DNA of 64,000 nt from Acidobacteriota bacterium (GTDB taxonomy: Bacteria; Acidobacteriota; Vicinamibacteria; Vicinamibacterales; UBA2999), in NCBI GenBank assembly GCA_016871195.1, contig VFZN01000003.1:1902-65901 (forward strand), read 5' to 3'. The notes beneath the pieces were generated by a model. That model worked only from the letters and a program-made list of their open reading frames with translations, ran no database searches and was not told where the DNA came from. Positions 10,427 through 22,944 of this stretch are shown piece after piece (position 1 is the first letter of the stretch; each line of letters begins with the position of its first letter). The position numbers and the translations under genes were made by a program.

Positions 10427-12193
10427 TCAGGGGGTAACCCTGATGCTCAATTCGCGCAGCTGGCGCGGGTCGACGGTGGAGGGCGCGTCGCACATGAGGT
10501 CGACGGCCTGCGTGGTCTTCGGGAACGGAATGACCTCGCGAATCGAGGTCTCACCCGCCAGCAGCGCGCAGATCCGGTCGAGGCCGAGGGCGAGCCCGCC
10601 GTGCGGGGGCGTGCCGTATTCGAGCGACTCGAGAAAGAAGCCGAAGCGGTGGCGGGCATCCTCGTCACTCAGCCCCAGGAGCCGGAACACCGTGGCTTGG
10701 GTCTCGCGGTCGTGAATGCGGATGCTGCCCCCGCCCAGTTCCCATCCGTTGAGAATGACGTCGTAGGCCTTGGCGAGCACCGAGCCGGGGTCTGACTCGA
10801 GGCGTGCCAGGTCTTCTTCCCGAGGGGCGGTGAACGGGTGATTGACCGAGTCCCAGCGGTTCTCGTCGGCATTCCAGTCGAACAGGGGAAAGTCTGTGAC
10901 CCAGAGCAGTTCCCACTTTCCTTCCGGAATGAGGTTGGCCTGCTTTGCGACCTGCAGGCGCAGCTGACCCAGCAGTTTCGAGACGGCATCGGGGGCGCCC
11001 GAGGCCAGCACGAGCAGATCGTTCGGGGTGGTGCCCGACTGCGCGAGTACGGCCCTGGTGCTTTCGTCACCGACCGCCTTCACCGAACACTGCACCCCGT
11101 CGGCCGTGTGGCGCGCATAGATCAGCCCGGCGGCACCGAGTTGGCGCGCCTGCTCGACCAGCCCGTCCAGTTCACGGCGCGAGTAGCTGCCCGCACCGGG
11201 AATCACCAACCCGCGCACGGTGCCCCCGTGGGCGACGGCTTCGCGGAAGATGCCGAACGGCGAGTCGGTAAACAGCGGACCGAAGTCCTGAATCTCGAGT
11301 CCGAAGCGCAGGTCGGGCTTGTCAGACCCATATTTGGCCATCGCCTCGGCGTAGGGCATGCGCCGGAAGGGCCGAGAAATCTCGACGCCAATTTCACCGA
11401 AGCAGGCAGCCAGTGCCCCTTCCACAATCTCGAATACGAGCGACGGCGTGGCGAACGCCATCTCCAGGTCGACCTGCGTGAACTCGAGCTGCCGGTCTGC
11501 GCGCAGGGCCTCATCGCGGAAGCAGCGGGCGATCTGCACATAGCGATCGAAGCCGGCAATCATCAGGATCTGCTTGAAAATTTGCGGCGACTGCGGCAGC
11601 GCGTAGAACTCACCCGGATGCACGCGCGAGGGCACGAGGAAATCGCGTGCGCCTTCCGGCGTCGACTTGGTGAGGATCGGCGTCTCGATGTCGTAGAAGC
11701 CCTGGTCGTCGAAGTAGCGACGAAGGGCCATCGTGATGCGGTGGCGAAGGCCGATGTTGTGCTGCAGAGTGGGGCGCCGCAGGTCGAGATAGCGATAGCG
11801 CAGCCGCGTCTCTTCCGACACGTTCTGGTCTTCAGCGATGGAAAACGGCGGCGTCCGTGCCTCGTTAAGCACGCGGAGGTCGCTGACCCGTACTTCCACC
11901 TCGCCGGTTGGCACCGCGGTGTTGACGGTCTCGGCCGAGCGGCGCTCGACGGTGCCGAAGACGGCCACCACAAACTCCGAGCGCAGCCGCTTGGCCTTGT
12001 CGAGGAGCGGATCGTTCTGCTCGATAACCACCTGCGTCAGCCCGTGGCGGTCGCGCACGTCGAGGAACACGAGCGCCCCGAGGTCACGGATGCGGTGCAC
12101 CCAGCCGAGCAGGACGACAGAGGCCCCCACGTCAGAGGAGCGCAAAGCGCCACAGGTGTGCGTGCGAGCCAGGGAACCGAGTTGTTCAGCCAT
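10427..12193 (-). CDS. aspS: aspartyl-tRNA synthetase
   Basis: N-terminal OB-fold (VLLGWVHRIRDLGALVFLDVRD), class II motif CFRDE and about 588 aa bacterial-type length. Confidence 0.95.
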   Translation of the reverse strand: MAEQLGSLARTHTCGALRSSDVGASVVLLGWVHRIRDLGALVFLDVRDRHGLTQVVIEQNDPLLDKAKRLRSEFVVAVFGTVERRSAETVNTAVPTGEVEVRVSDLRVLNEARTPPFSIAEDQNVSEETRLRYRYLDLRRPTLQHNIGLRHRITMALRRYFDDQGFYDIETPILTKSTPEGARDFLVPSRVHPGEFYALPQSPQIFKQILMIAGFDRYVQIARCFRDEALRADRQLEFTQVDLEMAFATPSLVFEIVEGALAACFGEIGVEISRPFRRMPYAEAMAKYGSDKPDLRFGLEIQDFGPLFTDSPFGIFREAVAHGGTVRGLVIPGAGSYSRRELDGLVEQARQLGAAGLIYARHTADGVQCSVKAVGDESTRAVLAQSGTTPNDLLVLASGAPDAVSKLLGQLRLQVAKQANLIPEGKWELLWVTDFPLFDWNADENRWDSVNHPFTAPREEDLARLESDPGSVLAKAYDVILNGWELGGGSIRIHDRETQATVFRLLGLSDEDARHRFGFFLESLEYGTPPHGGLALGLDRICALLAGETSIREVIPFPKTTQAVDLMCDAPSTVDPRQLRELSIRVTP

Positions 12194-13553
12194 GGTGCGT
12201 ACGTGCGGTCAGCGTTCGAATGGCCTGCGCCACTTCGGCGCGGGGATGCCCCTGCTGACTGGCCGTCGGCAGGTGCTTCACCGACACCCACCCCTGCGTC
12301 CGCTCATCGTCTCCGACGACGGTGACACAGGGAATGCTGCGGCTGGCGGCATACCTGAACTGCTTCCCGAGTTTATCTGGTTCAGGATACACCTCGACGC
12401 GCAGTCCACTGGCCCGCAACTCGGCGGCCAGCGCCAGCGCATCGGCAATGCCATCGGCATTCCAGATGGTGACCATCACGTCGGCGGCATCGGCTCCTAT
12501 GTGCGCCGGGAACATGCCGCGTTCGGCCATCACCACTAGGATGCGTTCGAGGCCCAGCGAGATTCCTGCCGCCGGCACGGCCTCGCCGAGGAACATGCCG
12601 ATGAGGCCATCGTACCGGCCGCCGCCGCCGAGGCTGCCGGCCAGATCGGGCACGCTGATCTCGAAAATGGCACCGGTGTAATACGACAGGCCGCGCGCGA
12701 GCGACGGGTCGAGCCGCACGTGCGCCCCCACCGGCGCTGCGGCCACCAGCGACAGAATCGACGTCAACTGCGCGACGCCCTCAGCTGCGCGGCCGTCGAG
12801 CAGCGTGGTAACGCGCGCCAGAGTCTGGGCATTCCAGGCGGCCGCCTCAGTCGAGGCCGCGTCAGCACCCGACGGCGCAAACGTCTCGAGCAGTCGCGCG
12901 GCGCCGTCGGCAGAAATACCGCGGTCGGCGAGTTCACGGGCCACGCCGTCCCGGCCGATCTTGTCGAGCTTGTCGAGGGCGATCAGTGCATCGCCGTGCT
13001 GTCCCACCGGGACGCCGCCCGCGTCGAGCAGTCCCGACAGCACCTGCCGATGGTTCAGGCGCAGCATGTATCCGGAAAAACCCAGCCGCTGCAGCACGTC
13101 TCCGGCGGCACCGAGCAGTTCGGCCTCCACCACCATCGAGGTCGACCCGATGGCATCCACGTCGCACTGGTAAAACTCGCGGAAGCGGCCCTTTTGTGGC
13201 CGGTCGGCACGCCACACCGGTTGCATCTGATAGCGCTTGAAGAATTTTGGCAGCCGGGCGCGGTACTCGGCCACCACACGCGCGAGCGGCACGGTGAGGT
13301 CATAGCGCAGGGCGAGGTCGGCCTGCCCGGTCTCGGCAGCCTCGCCACGCTTGAGGATGCGGAAAATCAGCCGGTCGCCCTCGTCACCGTATTTGCCCAG
13401 CAGCGTCTCGATGTTCTCCACTGCGGGCGTTTCGAGCGGTTCGAAGCCGTATTGCTGGTAGACCTCGGCAATGACGGCCATCACATACTGGCGCCGCCGC
13501 AGGTCTTCGGGAAGAAAATCGCGCATGCCGCGCGCCGGTCCGGTGTTCATCAC
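12186..13553 (-). CDS. hisS: histidyl-tRNA synthetase
   Basis: ARGMRDFLPED and RGLSYYTG motifs. There is an 8-nt overlap with aspS. Confidence 0.95.
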   Translation of the reverse strand: MMNTGPARGMRDFLPEDLRRRQYVMAVIAEVYQQYGFEPLETPAVENIETLLGKYGDEGDRLIFRILKRGEAAETGQADLALRYDLTVPLARVVAEYRARLPKFFKRYQMQPVWRADRPQKGRFREFYQCDVDAIGSTSMVVEAELLGAAGDVLQRLGFSGYMLRLNHRQVLSGLLDAGGVPVGQHGDALIALDKLDKIGRDGVARELADRGISADGAARLLETFAPSGADAASTEAAAWNAQTLARVTTLLDGRAAEGVAQLTSILSLVAAAPVGAHVRLDPSLARGLSYYTGAIFEISVPDLAGSLGGGGRYDGLIGMFLGEAVPAAGISLGLERILVVMAERGMFPAHIGADAADVMVTIWNADGIADALALAAELRASGLRVEVYPEPDKLGKQFRYAASRSIPCVTVVGDDERTQGWVSVKHLPTASQQGHPRAEVAQAIRTLTARTHHG

Positions 13554-14053
13554 TGGTACTCGAGTCGGTAGCGGACATAGTTGTCTGCATACCAGCGAAT
13601 CTCCGCCACGTCCTCGTCGGTCAGCGGGCGTTTCACCTTCCCGGGCCGCCCCATGACGAGCGAATGCGGCGGAATGACCGTGCCTTCGGTCAGCAGGGTG
13701 CCCGCCGCGACAATCGAGTCATGGCCGACATGCACGCCGTTGAGCAGCACCGCCCCCATGCCGATCAGGACGCGATCTTCGATGGTGGTGCCGTGGATCA
13801 CGGCCGAGTGCCCGACGGTGACCTCGTCGCCGATCACGGTGGGGAACGTGTCACGCATGACATGAATCAGCGTGAGGTCCTGAATATTCGTGCGTGCGCC
13901 GATGCGGATGTGGTGGACGTCGCCACGAATGACGACGTTCATCCAGACAGACGACTCGGGACCGAGGGTCACGTCGCCGATGACCTGCGCGCTGCCGTCA
14001 ATGTAGGCCGACGGGTCGACCACGGGCCAGACCGACTTGAAGGGACGAATCAC
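13550..14053 (-). CDS. gamma-carbonic-anhydrase-like left-handed beta-helix protein (YrdA/PaaY family)
   Basis: Hexapeptide repeats and a conserved His pattern (RGDVHHIRIG..TLIHV..VGHSAVIHG). ATGA overlap with hisS. Confidence 0.8.
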   Translation of the reverse strand: MIRPFKSVWPVVDPSAYIDGSAQVIGDVTLGPESSVWMNVVIRGDVHHIRIGARTNIQDLTLIHVMRDTFPTVIGDEVTVGHSAVIHGTTIEDRVLIGMGAVLLNGVHVGHDSIVAAGTLLTEGTVIPPHSLVMGRPGKVKRPLTDEDVAEIRWYADNYVRYRLEYQ

Positions 14054-14098
14054 AGCGGCCTCAACGGCGCGCCCGCCGCCGGACCAGGCGGGCCATGC

Positions 14099-14653
14099 CT
14101 AGATCTTCGGCAGCGTCACACCACGCTGCGCCTGATATTTCCCCTGCTTGTCGCGATACGACACCTCGCAGGACTCGTCGCTCTGGAAGAACAGCACCTG
14201 CGCGATGCCTTCATTCGCGTAAATCTTCGCCGGCAGCGGCGTCGTGTTCGAAATCTCGATGGTGACATGCCCTTCCCACTCGGGCTCGAAGGGCGTCACA
14301 TTGACGATGATGCCGCAGCGGGCATAGGTGCTCTTGCCGAGACACACCGTGAGGACATCGCGCGGAATGCGGAAATACTCGATAGTACGCGCGAGCGCGA
14401 AAGAATTTGGCGGCACGATGCACGTGTCGCCCTTCATGTCGACAAACGATTTCGGATCGAAATTCTTGGGGTCGACCACCGTGTTGAACAGGTTGGTGAA
14501 CACCTTGAATTCGTCGGCCACCCGGATGTCGTAGCCGTAGGACGACAGTCCATACGAGACCACTCCGGCCCGGACCTGCCGATCCTCAAACGGTTCGATC
14601 ATGCCGTTCTCGAGCGCCATGCGGCGAATCCAGCGGTCCGACTTGATGGCCAT
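14099..14653 (-). CDS. dcd: dCTP deaminase
   Basis: [22 protein letters not shown].. matches the typical Dcd N-terminus. Length is 184 aa. Confidence 0.9.
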   Translation of the reverse strand: MAIKSDRWIRRMALENGMIEPFEDRQVRAGVVSYGLSSYGYDIRVADEFKVFTNLFNTVVDPKNFDPKSFVDMKGDTCIVPPNSFALARTIEYFRIPRDVLTVCLGKSTYARCGIIVNVTPFEPEWEGHVTIEISNTTPLPAKIYANEGIAQVLFFQSDESCEVSYRDKQGKYQAQRGVTLPKI

Positions 14654-14668
14654 GCCCGTCGCTCCTGC

Positions 14669-15085
14669 CTACAGTTCCATGCCGCGGAAGAAATAGCCCA
14701 ACTCGAAAGCTGCCGTCTCGGGCGCGTCGGAGCCATGCGTGGCGTTATTGTCAATAGAGGCACCAAACTCCCTGCGGAGCGACCCCTCGGCCGCCCTGGC
14801 TGGATCGGTCGCGCCCATCAGTTCACGCCACTGCCGGATGGCATCGGGCGCCTCGAGGCACAGCACGACACAGGGACCCGACGACATGAAGTCGGTCAGG
14901 CCGCCGAAGAAGGGGCGCTCACGGTGCACGTGGTAGAAGCCCTCGGCCTGCGCCTTGGACATGTGAATCATCCGCAGGGCGCGGACGGTGAAGCCGGCCG
15001 CTTCGATGCGGGCGAGGATGCGACCCGTATACTGCTTGCCCACGGCGTCGGGCTTGATGATGGCAAAGGTTCTCTGCATAAGCAT
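14669..15085 (-). CDS. ndk: nucleoside diphosphate kinase
   Basis: RTFAIIKPDAV and the NATHGSD active-site His motif. Confidence 0.95.
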   Translation of the reverse strand: MLMQRTFAIIKPDAVGKQYTGRILARIEAAGFTVRALRMIHMSKAQAEGFYHVHRERPFFGGLTDFMSSGPCVVLCLEAPDAIRQWRELMGATDPARAAEGSLRREFGASIDNNATHGSDAPETAAFELGYFFRGMEL

Positions 15086-15103
15086 CTGATTATACCGCGC
15101 GGT

Positions 15104-15982
15104 TCAGCGTGCACCGAGGGCGGCGACGAGCGACTCGCCCATGTCGGCGGGGCTCTTCACCACGGTGACGCCGGCGGCAATGAGGGCGGCCATCTTCTCG
15201 GCAGCGGTACCCTTGCCTCCCGCGATGATGGCACCGGCATGACCCATGCGGCGGCCCGGCGGCGCCGTCTGGCCGGCGATGAATGCCACGATCGGCTTGG
15301 TGAAGTGCTGCTGGATCCAGGCCGCTGCCTCCTCCTCGGCCGAGCCGCCGATTTCACCAATCATGATGATGGCGTCGGTCTCAGGGTCGTCCTGGAAGAG
15401 CTGCAGGGCATCAATGTGCGTCGTGCCAATCAGCGGGTCGCCGCCGATCCCGATGCAGGTCGACTGGCCCAGACCGCGGCGCGACAGCTGGTCGATGGCC
15501 TCGTAGGTCAGGGTGCCGCTCTTCGACACAATGCCGATGCGCCCCTCCTTGACGATGTTGGCAGGGATGATGCCGGCCTTCCCCTTGCCGGGAGAAATGA
15601 TGCCCGGGCAGTTAGGTCCGATGAGCCGCGTCCCGGGGTGGTCCTTGAGAAAGGTCATCGCCCTGAGCATGTCCACCACCGGAATCCCCTCGGTGATGCA
15701 GACGACCAGAGCCACAGCTGCATCGGCAGCTTCCATGATGGCGTCGGCCGCAAACGGGGGCGGCACGAAGATGACCGACGCATTGGCGCCGGTCTCGCGC
15801 ACGGCATCGGCCACGGTGTTGAACACCGGCCAGCCCTCGTGTATCGTGCCCCCCTTGCCGGGGGTGACACCGCCGACGACGGCGGTGTGATACGCGGCAG
15901 CGGCCTTCGCATGGAAGGTGCCTTCGCGGCCGGTGAGCCCCTGAACAATGAGGCGGGTGTTCGAGTCGAGCAGCACTGCCAT
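15104..15982 (-). CDS. sucD: succinyl-CoA synthetase alpha subunit
   Basis: [12 protein letters not shown] and SKSGTLTYE motifs. The start overlaps the sucC stop by 1 nt. Confidence 0.95.
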   Translation of the reverse strand: MAVLLDSNTRLIVQGLTGREGTFHAKAAAAYHTAVVGGVTPGKGGTIHEGWPVFNTVADAVRETGANASVIFVPPPFAADAIMEAADAAVALVVCITEGIPVVDMLRAMTFLKDHPGTRLIGPNCPGIISPGKGKAGIIPANIVKEGRIGIVSKSGTLTYEAIDQLSRRGLGQSTCIGIGGDPLIGTTHIDALQLFQDDPETDAIIMIGEIGGSAEEEAAAWIQQHFTKPIVAFIAGQTAPPGRRMGHAGAIIAGGKGTAAEKMAALIAAGVTVVKSPADMGESLVAALGAR

Positions 15983-17151
15983 TACTTGGTCCCTCCGGCC
16001 AGCCCGACGACGCTCGTCGCGGCTTCGCCCATCGTGTCGGCCGTCGTGAAGTTGAGGCCACTCTCGGCGAGGAGGCGCTTGCCTTCCTCGACGTTGGTGC
16101 CCTTCATGCGGATGACAATCGGGACCGGCACCCCCAGGTCACGCACCGCCGCAATGACTCCCTGCGCCAGCACGTCGCAGCGCAGGATGCCTCCAAAGAT
16201 GTTGATGAGCACCGCTTTGACGTTGGTGTCGGACATTAAAATGCGGAAGGCGTTCTTGATCTGCTCGGCGTTGGCGCCACCGCCGACATCGAGGAAGTTG
16301 GCCGGCTGCCCTCCCGACAGCTTGATGATGTCCATGGTCGCCATGGCGAGCCCAGCGCCGTTGACCATGCAGCCGATGTTGCCGTCGAGCCGGATGTAGT
16401 TGAGCGAGAACTTCGACGCCTCGACCTCAAGCGGGTCTTCCTCGGATAGGTCGCGCAGGTCGCGGATGTCCTGGTGGCGGTAGAGCGCGTTGTCGTCGAA
16501 GTTCATCTTGGCGTCGAGGGCGAGCAGGTCGCCGTCGCGCGTGACGATGAGGGGGTTGATTTCGAGAATCGAGGCGTCGGTGGCGATGAAGGCCTGATAG
16601 AGGGCCATCATCATGCGGACGCCCTTCTTGACGGCGTCGCCGGTGAGGCCGACGGCGAAGGCCATCTGCTGCGCCTGGAAGGGCTGGAGGCCCACGGCCG
16701 GGTTGATGAAGACCTTGTGGATCTTCTCGGGGTGGGTGGCAGCGACCTCTTCGATCTCGACCCCGCCCTCGCGGCTGACCATCAGCACGATGCGCTGGGT
16801 CGAGCGGTCGACGACGAGGCCGAGGTACAGCTCGCGGTCGATGCCGAGCCCCTGCTCGACGAGCAGACGCGACACCATCTGTCCCTCGGGGCCGGTCTGG
16901 TAGGTGACCAGGGGGCGTCCCAGCAGGGTCTTGGCGTAGGCCTCGGCATCATCGGCCGACTTGACCACCTTGACGCCGCCGGCCTTGCCGCGGCCACCGG
17001 TATGAATCTGGGCCTTGACGACACAGACACCGCCACCGAGCCGGCGGGCGATATCGCTCACTTCCTGTGCCGAAAACGCCACTTCGCCCTGCGGCACGGG
17101 CACTCCGTGGGCCTTGAGGATCGCCTTGGCTTGATACTCGTGAATTTTCAT
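15982..17151 (-). CDS. sucC: succinyl-CoA synthetase beta subunit
   Basis: The canonical N-terminus [18 protein letters not shown] begins at the ATG at 17151. The 31-codon extension to 17244 in the ORF track is not SucC-like. Confidence 0.95.
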   Translation of the reverse strand: MKIHEYQAKAILKAHGVPVPQGEVAFSAQEVSDIARRLGGGVCVVKAQIHTGGRGKAGGVKVVKSADDAEAYAKTLLGRPLVTYQTGPEGQMVSRLLVEQGLGIDRELYLGLVVDRSTQRIVLMVSREGGVEIEEVAATHPEKIHKVFINPAVGLQPFQAQQMAFAVGLTGDAVKKGVRMMMALYQAFIATDASILEINPLIVTRDGDLLALDAKMNFDDNALYRHQDIRDLRDLSEEDPLEVEASKFSLNYIRLDGNIGCMVNGAGLAMATMDIIKLSGGQPANFLDVGGGANAEQIKNAFRILMSDTNVKAVLINIFGGILRCDVLAQGVIAAVRDLGVPVPIVIRMKGTNVEEGKRLLAESGLNFTTADTMGEAATSVVGLAGGTK

Positions 17152-17250
17152 GGTGATGACGTGTGATGCGGGCCTGTGCCCAAAACGTTCGGATGATAAC
17201 ACGCCGAACACCGCGTGAATGGCATAGAATATGAGGTTGGGCACTCTCTC

Positions 17251-17927
17251 ATGCGACTTCTGCAGACATTCTCAACCTCGATTGGCACCAAGATCCTCAT
17301 TGCGGTCACGGGACTCGGCCTGACGGTGTTTCTTCTCACCCACCTGGCCGGCAACCTGCTCTTCCTGGCAGGCCCTGACGCGTTCAACCGGTACGCACAC
17401 ACGCTGACGAGTAACCCGCTGATCTACGTGGCCGAGGCCGGCCTGCTGGCGGTCTTCTTCGTGCACATTGCCAAGACCCTGTCCAACTACCTGGCCAACC
17501 GGGCTGCGCGGCCGGTGGCATACACCACACACCGGTGGGCGAAAACCAAGAATCCGGCCAGCCGCAAGAGCTGGGCGTCGACCACGATGGTCGTGACGGG
17601 CAGCATCATGGCGCTGTTCGTAGTCACGCACCTGCAGACGTTCAAGTTCGGGCCGGTGTATGAAGGCGCCGACGGCATCCGCGACCTCTACCGGCTGCAG
17701 ATGGAAATCTTCGGACAGCCAGCCTACGTGGTGTTTTACCTCATGGCGATGGCCCTCATCTTCTCGCACCTCTGGCACGGCATCGTCAGCGCGACGCAGT
17801 CGCTCGGGTGGTATCACCCGCAGTGGACGCCCCGGGTGATTGTGGCCGGCCGAGTGCTGACGGCGCTGATTGCCGGCGGCTTTTTCATGATTCCGATCTA
17901 CACCTTCCTTCTCTCGCGGAGCGCGCA

Positions 17928-17931
<4 letters not shown>
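17251..17931 (+). CDS. sdhC: succinate dehydrogenase cytochrome b subunit (b558 / five-helix type)
   Basis: Hydrophobic 5-TM protein [35 protein letters not shown].. immediately upstream of sdhA with an ATGA overlap. The start could also be the GTG at 17215. Confidence 0.8.
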
Positions 17932-19841
<1,910 letters not shown>

Positions 19842-19877
19842 CCGGGGCCGCTGCCCCACTGAGGACACCGTATCGCC

Positions 19878-20627
19878 ATGGCCATGACCATTACCCTGAA
19901 CGTGTGGCGCCAGGCGGGCCCCTCGGCCCCCGGCCGCTTCGAATCGTATACCTCCGACAAGGTGCACCCGGACATGTCGTTTCTCGAGATGCTGGATGTG
20001 GTCAATGACGACCTCATCCGCGCCGGGAAAGACCCGATTGCCTTCGACTCGGATTGCCGCGAGGGTATCTGCGGCAGTTGCGGTCTGGTGATCGACGGCA
20101 TTCCGCACGGCCCTGATCCCGGCGCAACCACCTGCCAGGTGCACATGCGCCGCTTCAGGAACGGCGACACCATCACCATCGAACCGTGGCGAGCCAAGGC
20201 ATTCCCGGTCATCAAGGATCTGGTGGTCGACCGCACGGCATTTGACCGGATTATCGCGGCTGGTGGTTATGTCTCGATGAACGTGGGCGGCGCACCCGAC
20301 GGCAACAGTGTGCCGGTGCCGAAAGAGCTGGCTGATCTGGCCATGGACAACGCGCAGTGCATCGGCTGCGGTGCATGTGTGGCGGCGTGCAAGAACGCGG
20401 CGGCACACCTGTTCACGTCCGCTAAGATCACCCACCTCGGAGTGCTGCCCCAGGGCGAGCCCGAGCGCTACCGACGGGCGGCGGCGATGGTCGAACAGAT
20501 GGACGCCGAGGGCTTCGGCAGCTGCTCGAACGAGGGTGAGTGCGAGGCGGTGTGCCCCAAGCAAATTTCCATTGCGAGCATCGCGCGGATGAACCGCGAC
20601 TTCATGCGCGCGGCGACCTCCAAATAA
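19878..20627 (+). CDS. sdhB: succinate dehydrogenase iron-sulfur subunit
   Basis: Three Cys clusters: [21 protein letters not shown] and [12 protein letters not shown]. Confidence 0.95.
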   Translation: MAMTITLNVWRQAGPSAPGRFESYTSDKVHPDMSFLEMLDVVNDDLIRAGKDPIAFDSDCREGICGSCGLVIDGIPHGPDPGATTCQVHMRRFRNGDTITIEPWRAKAFPVIKDLVVDRTAFDRIIAAGGYVSMNVGGAPDGNSVPVPKELADLAMDNAQCIGCGACVAACKNAAAHLFTSAKITHLGVLPQGEPERYRRAAAMVEQMDAEGFGSCSNEGECEAVCPKQISIASIARMNRDFMRAATSK

Positions 20628-20652
20628 CCGTCGCCTGCCCCCCCAAACAGCA

Positions 20653-20689
20653 CAACGGCCGGCCCTCCTGCACGGAGCGCCGGCCGTTG
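20653..20689. terminator. bidirectional stem-loop between convergent sdhB and mdh
   Basis: Perfect 11-bp inverted repeat CAACGGCCGGC(20653-20663)/GCCGGCCGTTG(20679-20689) with a 15-nt loop that can pair further (CTCC/GGAG). There is no clear U-tract. Confidence 0.5.
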
Positions 20690-20715
20690 CCGTGTCGGCC
20701 GATGGCGTCAGCGGG

Positions 20716-21648
20716 CTAGATGCCGATGACGTCGACCAGTTCCTTCACCGCGCCCGCCGACTTGTGCAGCGCCGCGCGCTCGGCCTCGGTCAGGGCCACT
20801 TCGATGATCTGCTCGATACCACGGGCACCCACCTTCACCGGCACGCCGACGAAGAGGTTGTTGATGCCGTATTCGCCCTGCAGGTACACCGAGCACGGCA
20901 TGATCCGCTGCTGGTCCTTCAGGATGGCTTCCACCATGTCCGCGGCGGACACGCCAGGTGCATACCACGCGCTGGTTCCCACCAGCTTGGTGATTTCGGC
21001 GCCGCCATTGGCCGTGCGGTCGCAGATGGCCTGCAGGCGGTCAGCGGGAATCAGCTCCGGCAGCGGAATGCCGGCCACCGTCGACAGACGCGGCAGCGGC
21101 ACCATCGTGTCGCCGTGGCCTCCCAGCACGAAGCACGTCACATCGGCCACCGACACCTTCAACTCCTCGGCCACGAAGGTACGCATGCGCGCCGAGTCGA
21201 GCACGCCAGCCATGCCCATCACGCGTTCCCTAGGGAAGCCGCTCAGCCGGAACACGGCCTGCGACATCGCATCGAGAGGGTTGGCCACCGGAACGATGAT
21301 GCAGTTCGGCGAGTGCTTCACAATCTCGGCCGTCACGTCCTGCATGATCTTGTAGTTGACGTTCAGCAGGTCGTCGCGGCTCATCCCGGGCTTGCGGGGC
21401 ATTCCCGATGTGATGACTACCACATCCGAATTTGCCGTCTCGGCAAACCCCTCGACGCCCACACCGGTCACCCGCGACGCCGACCCGCCGATGGCGCACG
21501 ACTGGTAGATGTCGAGGGCCACGCCAGCGGCCTTGCTGGCCGCAATGTCCACGATCACCACATCCGCCAGTTCCTTCTGCGACACCGCGCGCGCCACCGT
21601 CGCTCCGACGTTGCCTGCGCCTCCAACTACCGTGACCTTCCGATTCAT
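20716..21648 (-). CDS. mdh: malate dehydrogenase (LDH-like MDH)
   Basis: [17 protein letters not shown].. begins at the ATG at 21648, with AGGAG 7 nt upstream. The ORF-track extension to 21771 is unlikely. Confidence 0.95.
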   Translation of the reverse strand: MNRKVTVVGGAGNVGATVARAVSQKELADVVIVDIAASKAAGVALDIYQSCAIGGSASRVTGVGVEGFAETANSDVVVITSGMPRKPGMSRDDLLNVNYKIMQDVTAEIVKHSPNCIIVPVANPLDAMSQAVFRLSGFPRERVMGMAGVLDSARMRTFVAEELKVSVADVTCFVLGGHGDTMVPLPRLSTVAGIPLPELIPADRLQAICDRTANGGAEITKLVGTSAWYAPGVSAADMVEAILKDQQRIMPCSVYLQGEYGINNLFVGVPVKVGARGIEQIIEVALTEAERAALHKSAGAVKELVDVIGI

Positions 21649-21720
21649 GTCCGCTCTCCTGAACGTTGCCGTCCGATTTAGGTCAAACTGCCCCGCGCAC
21701 CGTTCCGCATGCACAGCTTC

Positions 21721-21742
21721 TGTGGAAAACCATGTGGAAAAC
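21721..21742. promoter_or_regulatory. tandem direct repeat TGTGGAAAAC-CA-TGTGGAAAAC in the mdh / serA-like divergent intergenic region
   Basis: An exact 10-nt repeat at 21721-21730 and 21733-21742 (12-nt register), read directly from the sequence. It is a candidate transcription-factor site. Confidence 0.3.
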
Positions 21743-21788
21743 GTCGTGTAACCCTGAGGTAACGCGTGCAATCCCGAAGATTTTCACG

Positions 21789-21812
21789 AAGTGCACCACG
21801 AATGTTGCACTT
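21789..21812. promoter_or_regulatory. perfect inverted repeat AAGTGCA-N10-TGCACTT (candidate operator)
   Basis: 7-bp arms at 21789-21795 and 21806-21812 in the same divergent promoter region, about 80 nt upstream of the serA-like GTG start. Confidence 0.3.
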
Positions 21813-21890
21813 CCTGCAGACGTCTCTTCCTCCCGCCTGCGCAAACTGTCATTATAGCGACCTCATCTGATTTTCCGGAGGTGTTTACCC

Positions 21891-22829
21891 GTGCGAATTG
21901 TTGTTGCTGATGACCTGCCTGCTTCCGCCCTTGACGTCCTGCGGGCAGAGGGGTGGACCCTCGATGCCCAGTCGGGCCGCTCGGCCGACCAGTTGAAGCT
22001 CGACCTCGCCAACGCCGATGCGCTGGTCGTTCGCAGTGCCACCAAGGTCACCGCCGACATCATCGCTGCGGCTCCCCGCCTGCGGGCCATCGCCCGCGCC
22101 GGCACGGGCGTCGACAACGTCGATGTGCCCGCCGCCACGGCCCGGAACATCGTGGTCATGAACGCCCCGGGGGCCAACAGCATTTCCGTGGCCGAACTCG
22201 CGCTGGCCCAGCTGCTGGCGCTGGCCAGGAAGCTGCCGGCCGCTGATGCCTCGATGAAGCAGGGCGTCTGGGACAAAAAGAGCTTCATGGGCCAGGAAGT
22301 CCGCGGCAAGGTGCTTGGCCTGGCCGGACTCGGCCGCATCGGGCGGGCCGTCGCCAGGCGGGCCCAGGCCTTTGAGATGACCGTCATTGCCCATGACCCC
22401 GCAGTCTCGGCCAGCGACGCGGCCGCGCTGGGGATCGAACTCGTCTCGTTCGACGACCTGTGTGCCCGCGCCGATTATCTGTCGCTGCACATGCCGTCGA
22501 ACGACAAGACGCGGCGCATCTTCAATGCCGCACAGCTGGCGAAGTGCCGCAAGGGCCTGCGTCTCATCAACACCGCACGGGGAGACCTGATCGACGAACC
22601 TGCCCTGGTCGAGGCCATTCAGCGCGGACACATCGCCGGTGCGGCGCTCGATGTCTACGACAGTGAACCAACCAAGGACCAGACCCTGCAGAAGCTCCCG
22701 CAGGTCGTGGCCAGCCCGCACATCGCTGCATCGACAACGGAAGGCCAGGAACTGGTCGGCATTGAAACCGCCGAAGCCCTGCGCGACTTTCTGAAGACCG
22801 GCGAGATTCGAAACGCCGTCAATCGCTGA
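21891..22829 (+). CDS. serA: D-3-phosphoglycerate dehydrogenase-like 2-hydroxyacid dehydrogenase (short form, no ACT domain)
   Basis: NAD motif GLAGLGRIGRAV and the catalytic R/E/H pattern (NTARG .. SPHIAAST). GGAGG lies 9 nt upstream of the GTG start. Confidence 0.8.
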   Translation: MRIVVADDLPASALDVLRAEGWTLDAQSGRSADQLKLDLANADALVVRSATKVTADIIAAAPRLRAIARAGTGVDNVDVPAATARNIVVMNAPGANSISVAELALAQLLALARKLPAADASMKQGVWDKKSFMGQEVRGKVLGLAGLGRIGRAVARRAQAFEMTVIAHDPAVSASDAAALGIELVSFDDLCARADYLSLHMPSNDKTRRIFNAAQLAKCRKGLRLINTARGDLIDEPALVEAIQRGHIAGAALDVYDSEPTKDQTLQKLPQVVASPHIAASTTEGQELVGIETAEALRDFLKTGEIRNAVNR

Positions 22830-22944
22830 GCGCCCGCAGGCGTTCATGGAGACAGCCCGCAGGCTCCGCCTCGGGCTGTCCGTCCGCCCAGCACGCCCCA
22901 GCGGCACGGTTCCCTCAGCGTCGCATGGCATGCTAGGATAACCT

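Noticed and set aside
13664-16399. 911-aa plus-strand ORF, the longest in the track.
   Set aside because: It runs antisense across four well-recognised minus-strand genes (the gamma-CA-like gene, dcd, ndk, sucD) and into sucC. This is the typical stop-poor shadow frame of a high-GC genome. The product is low-complexity and R/G/A/D-rich.
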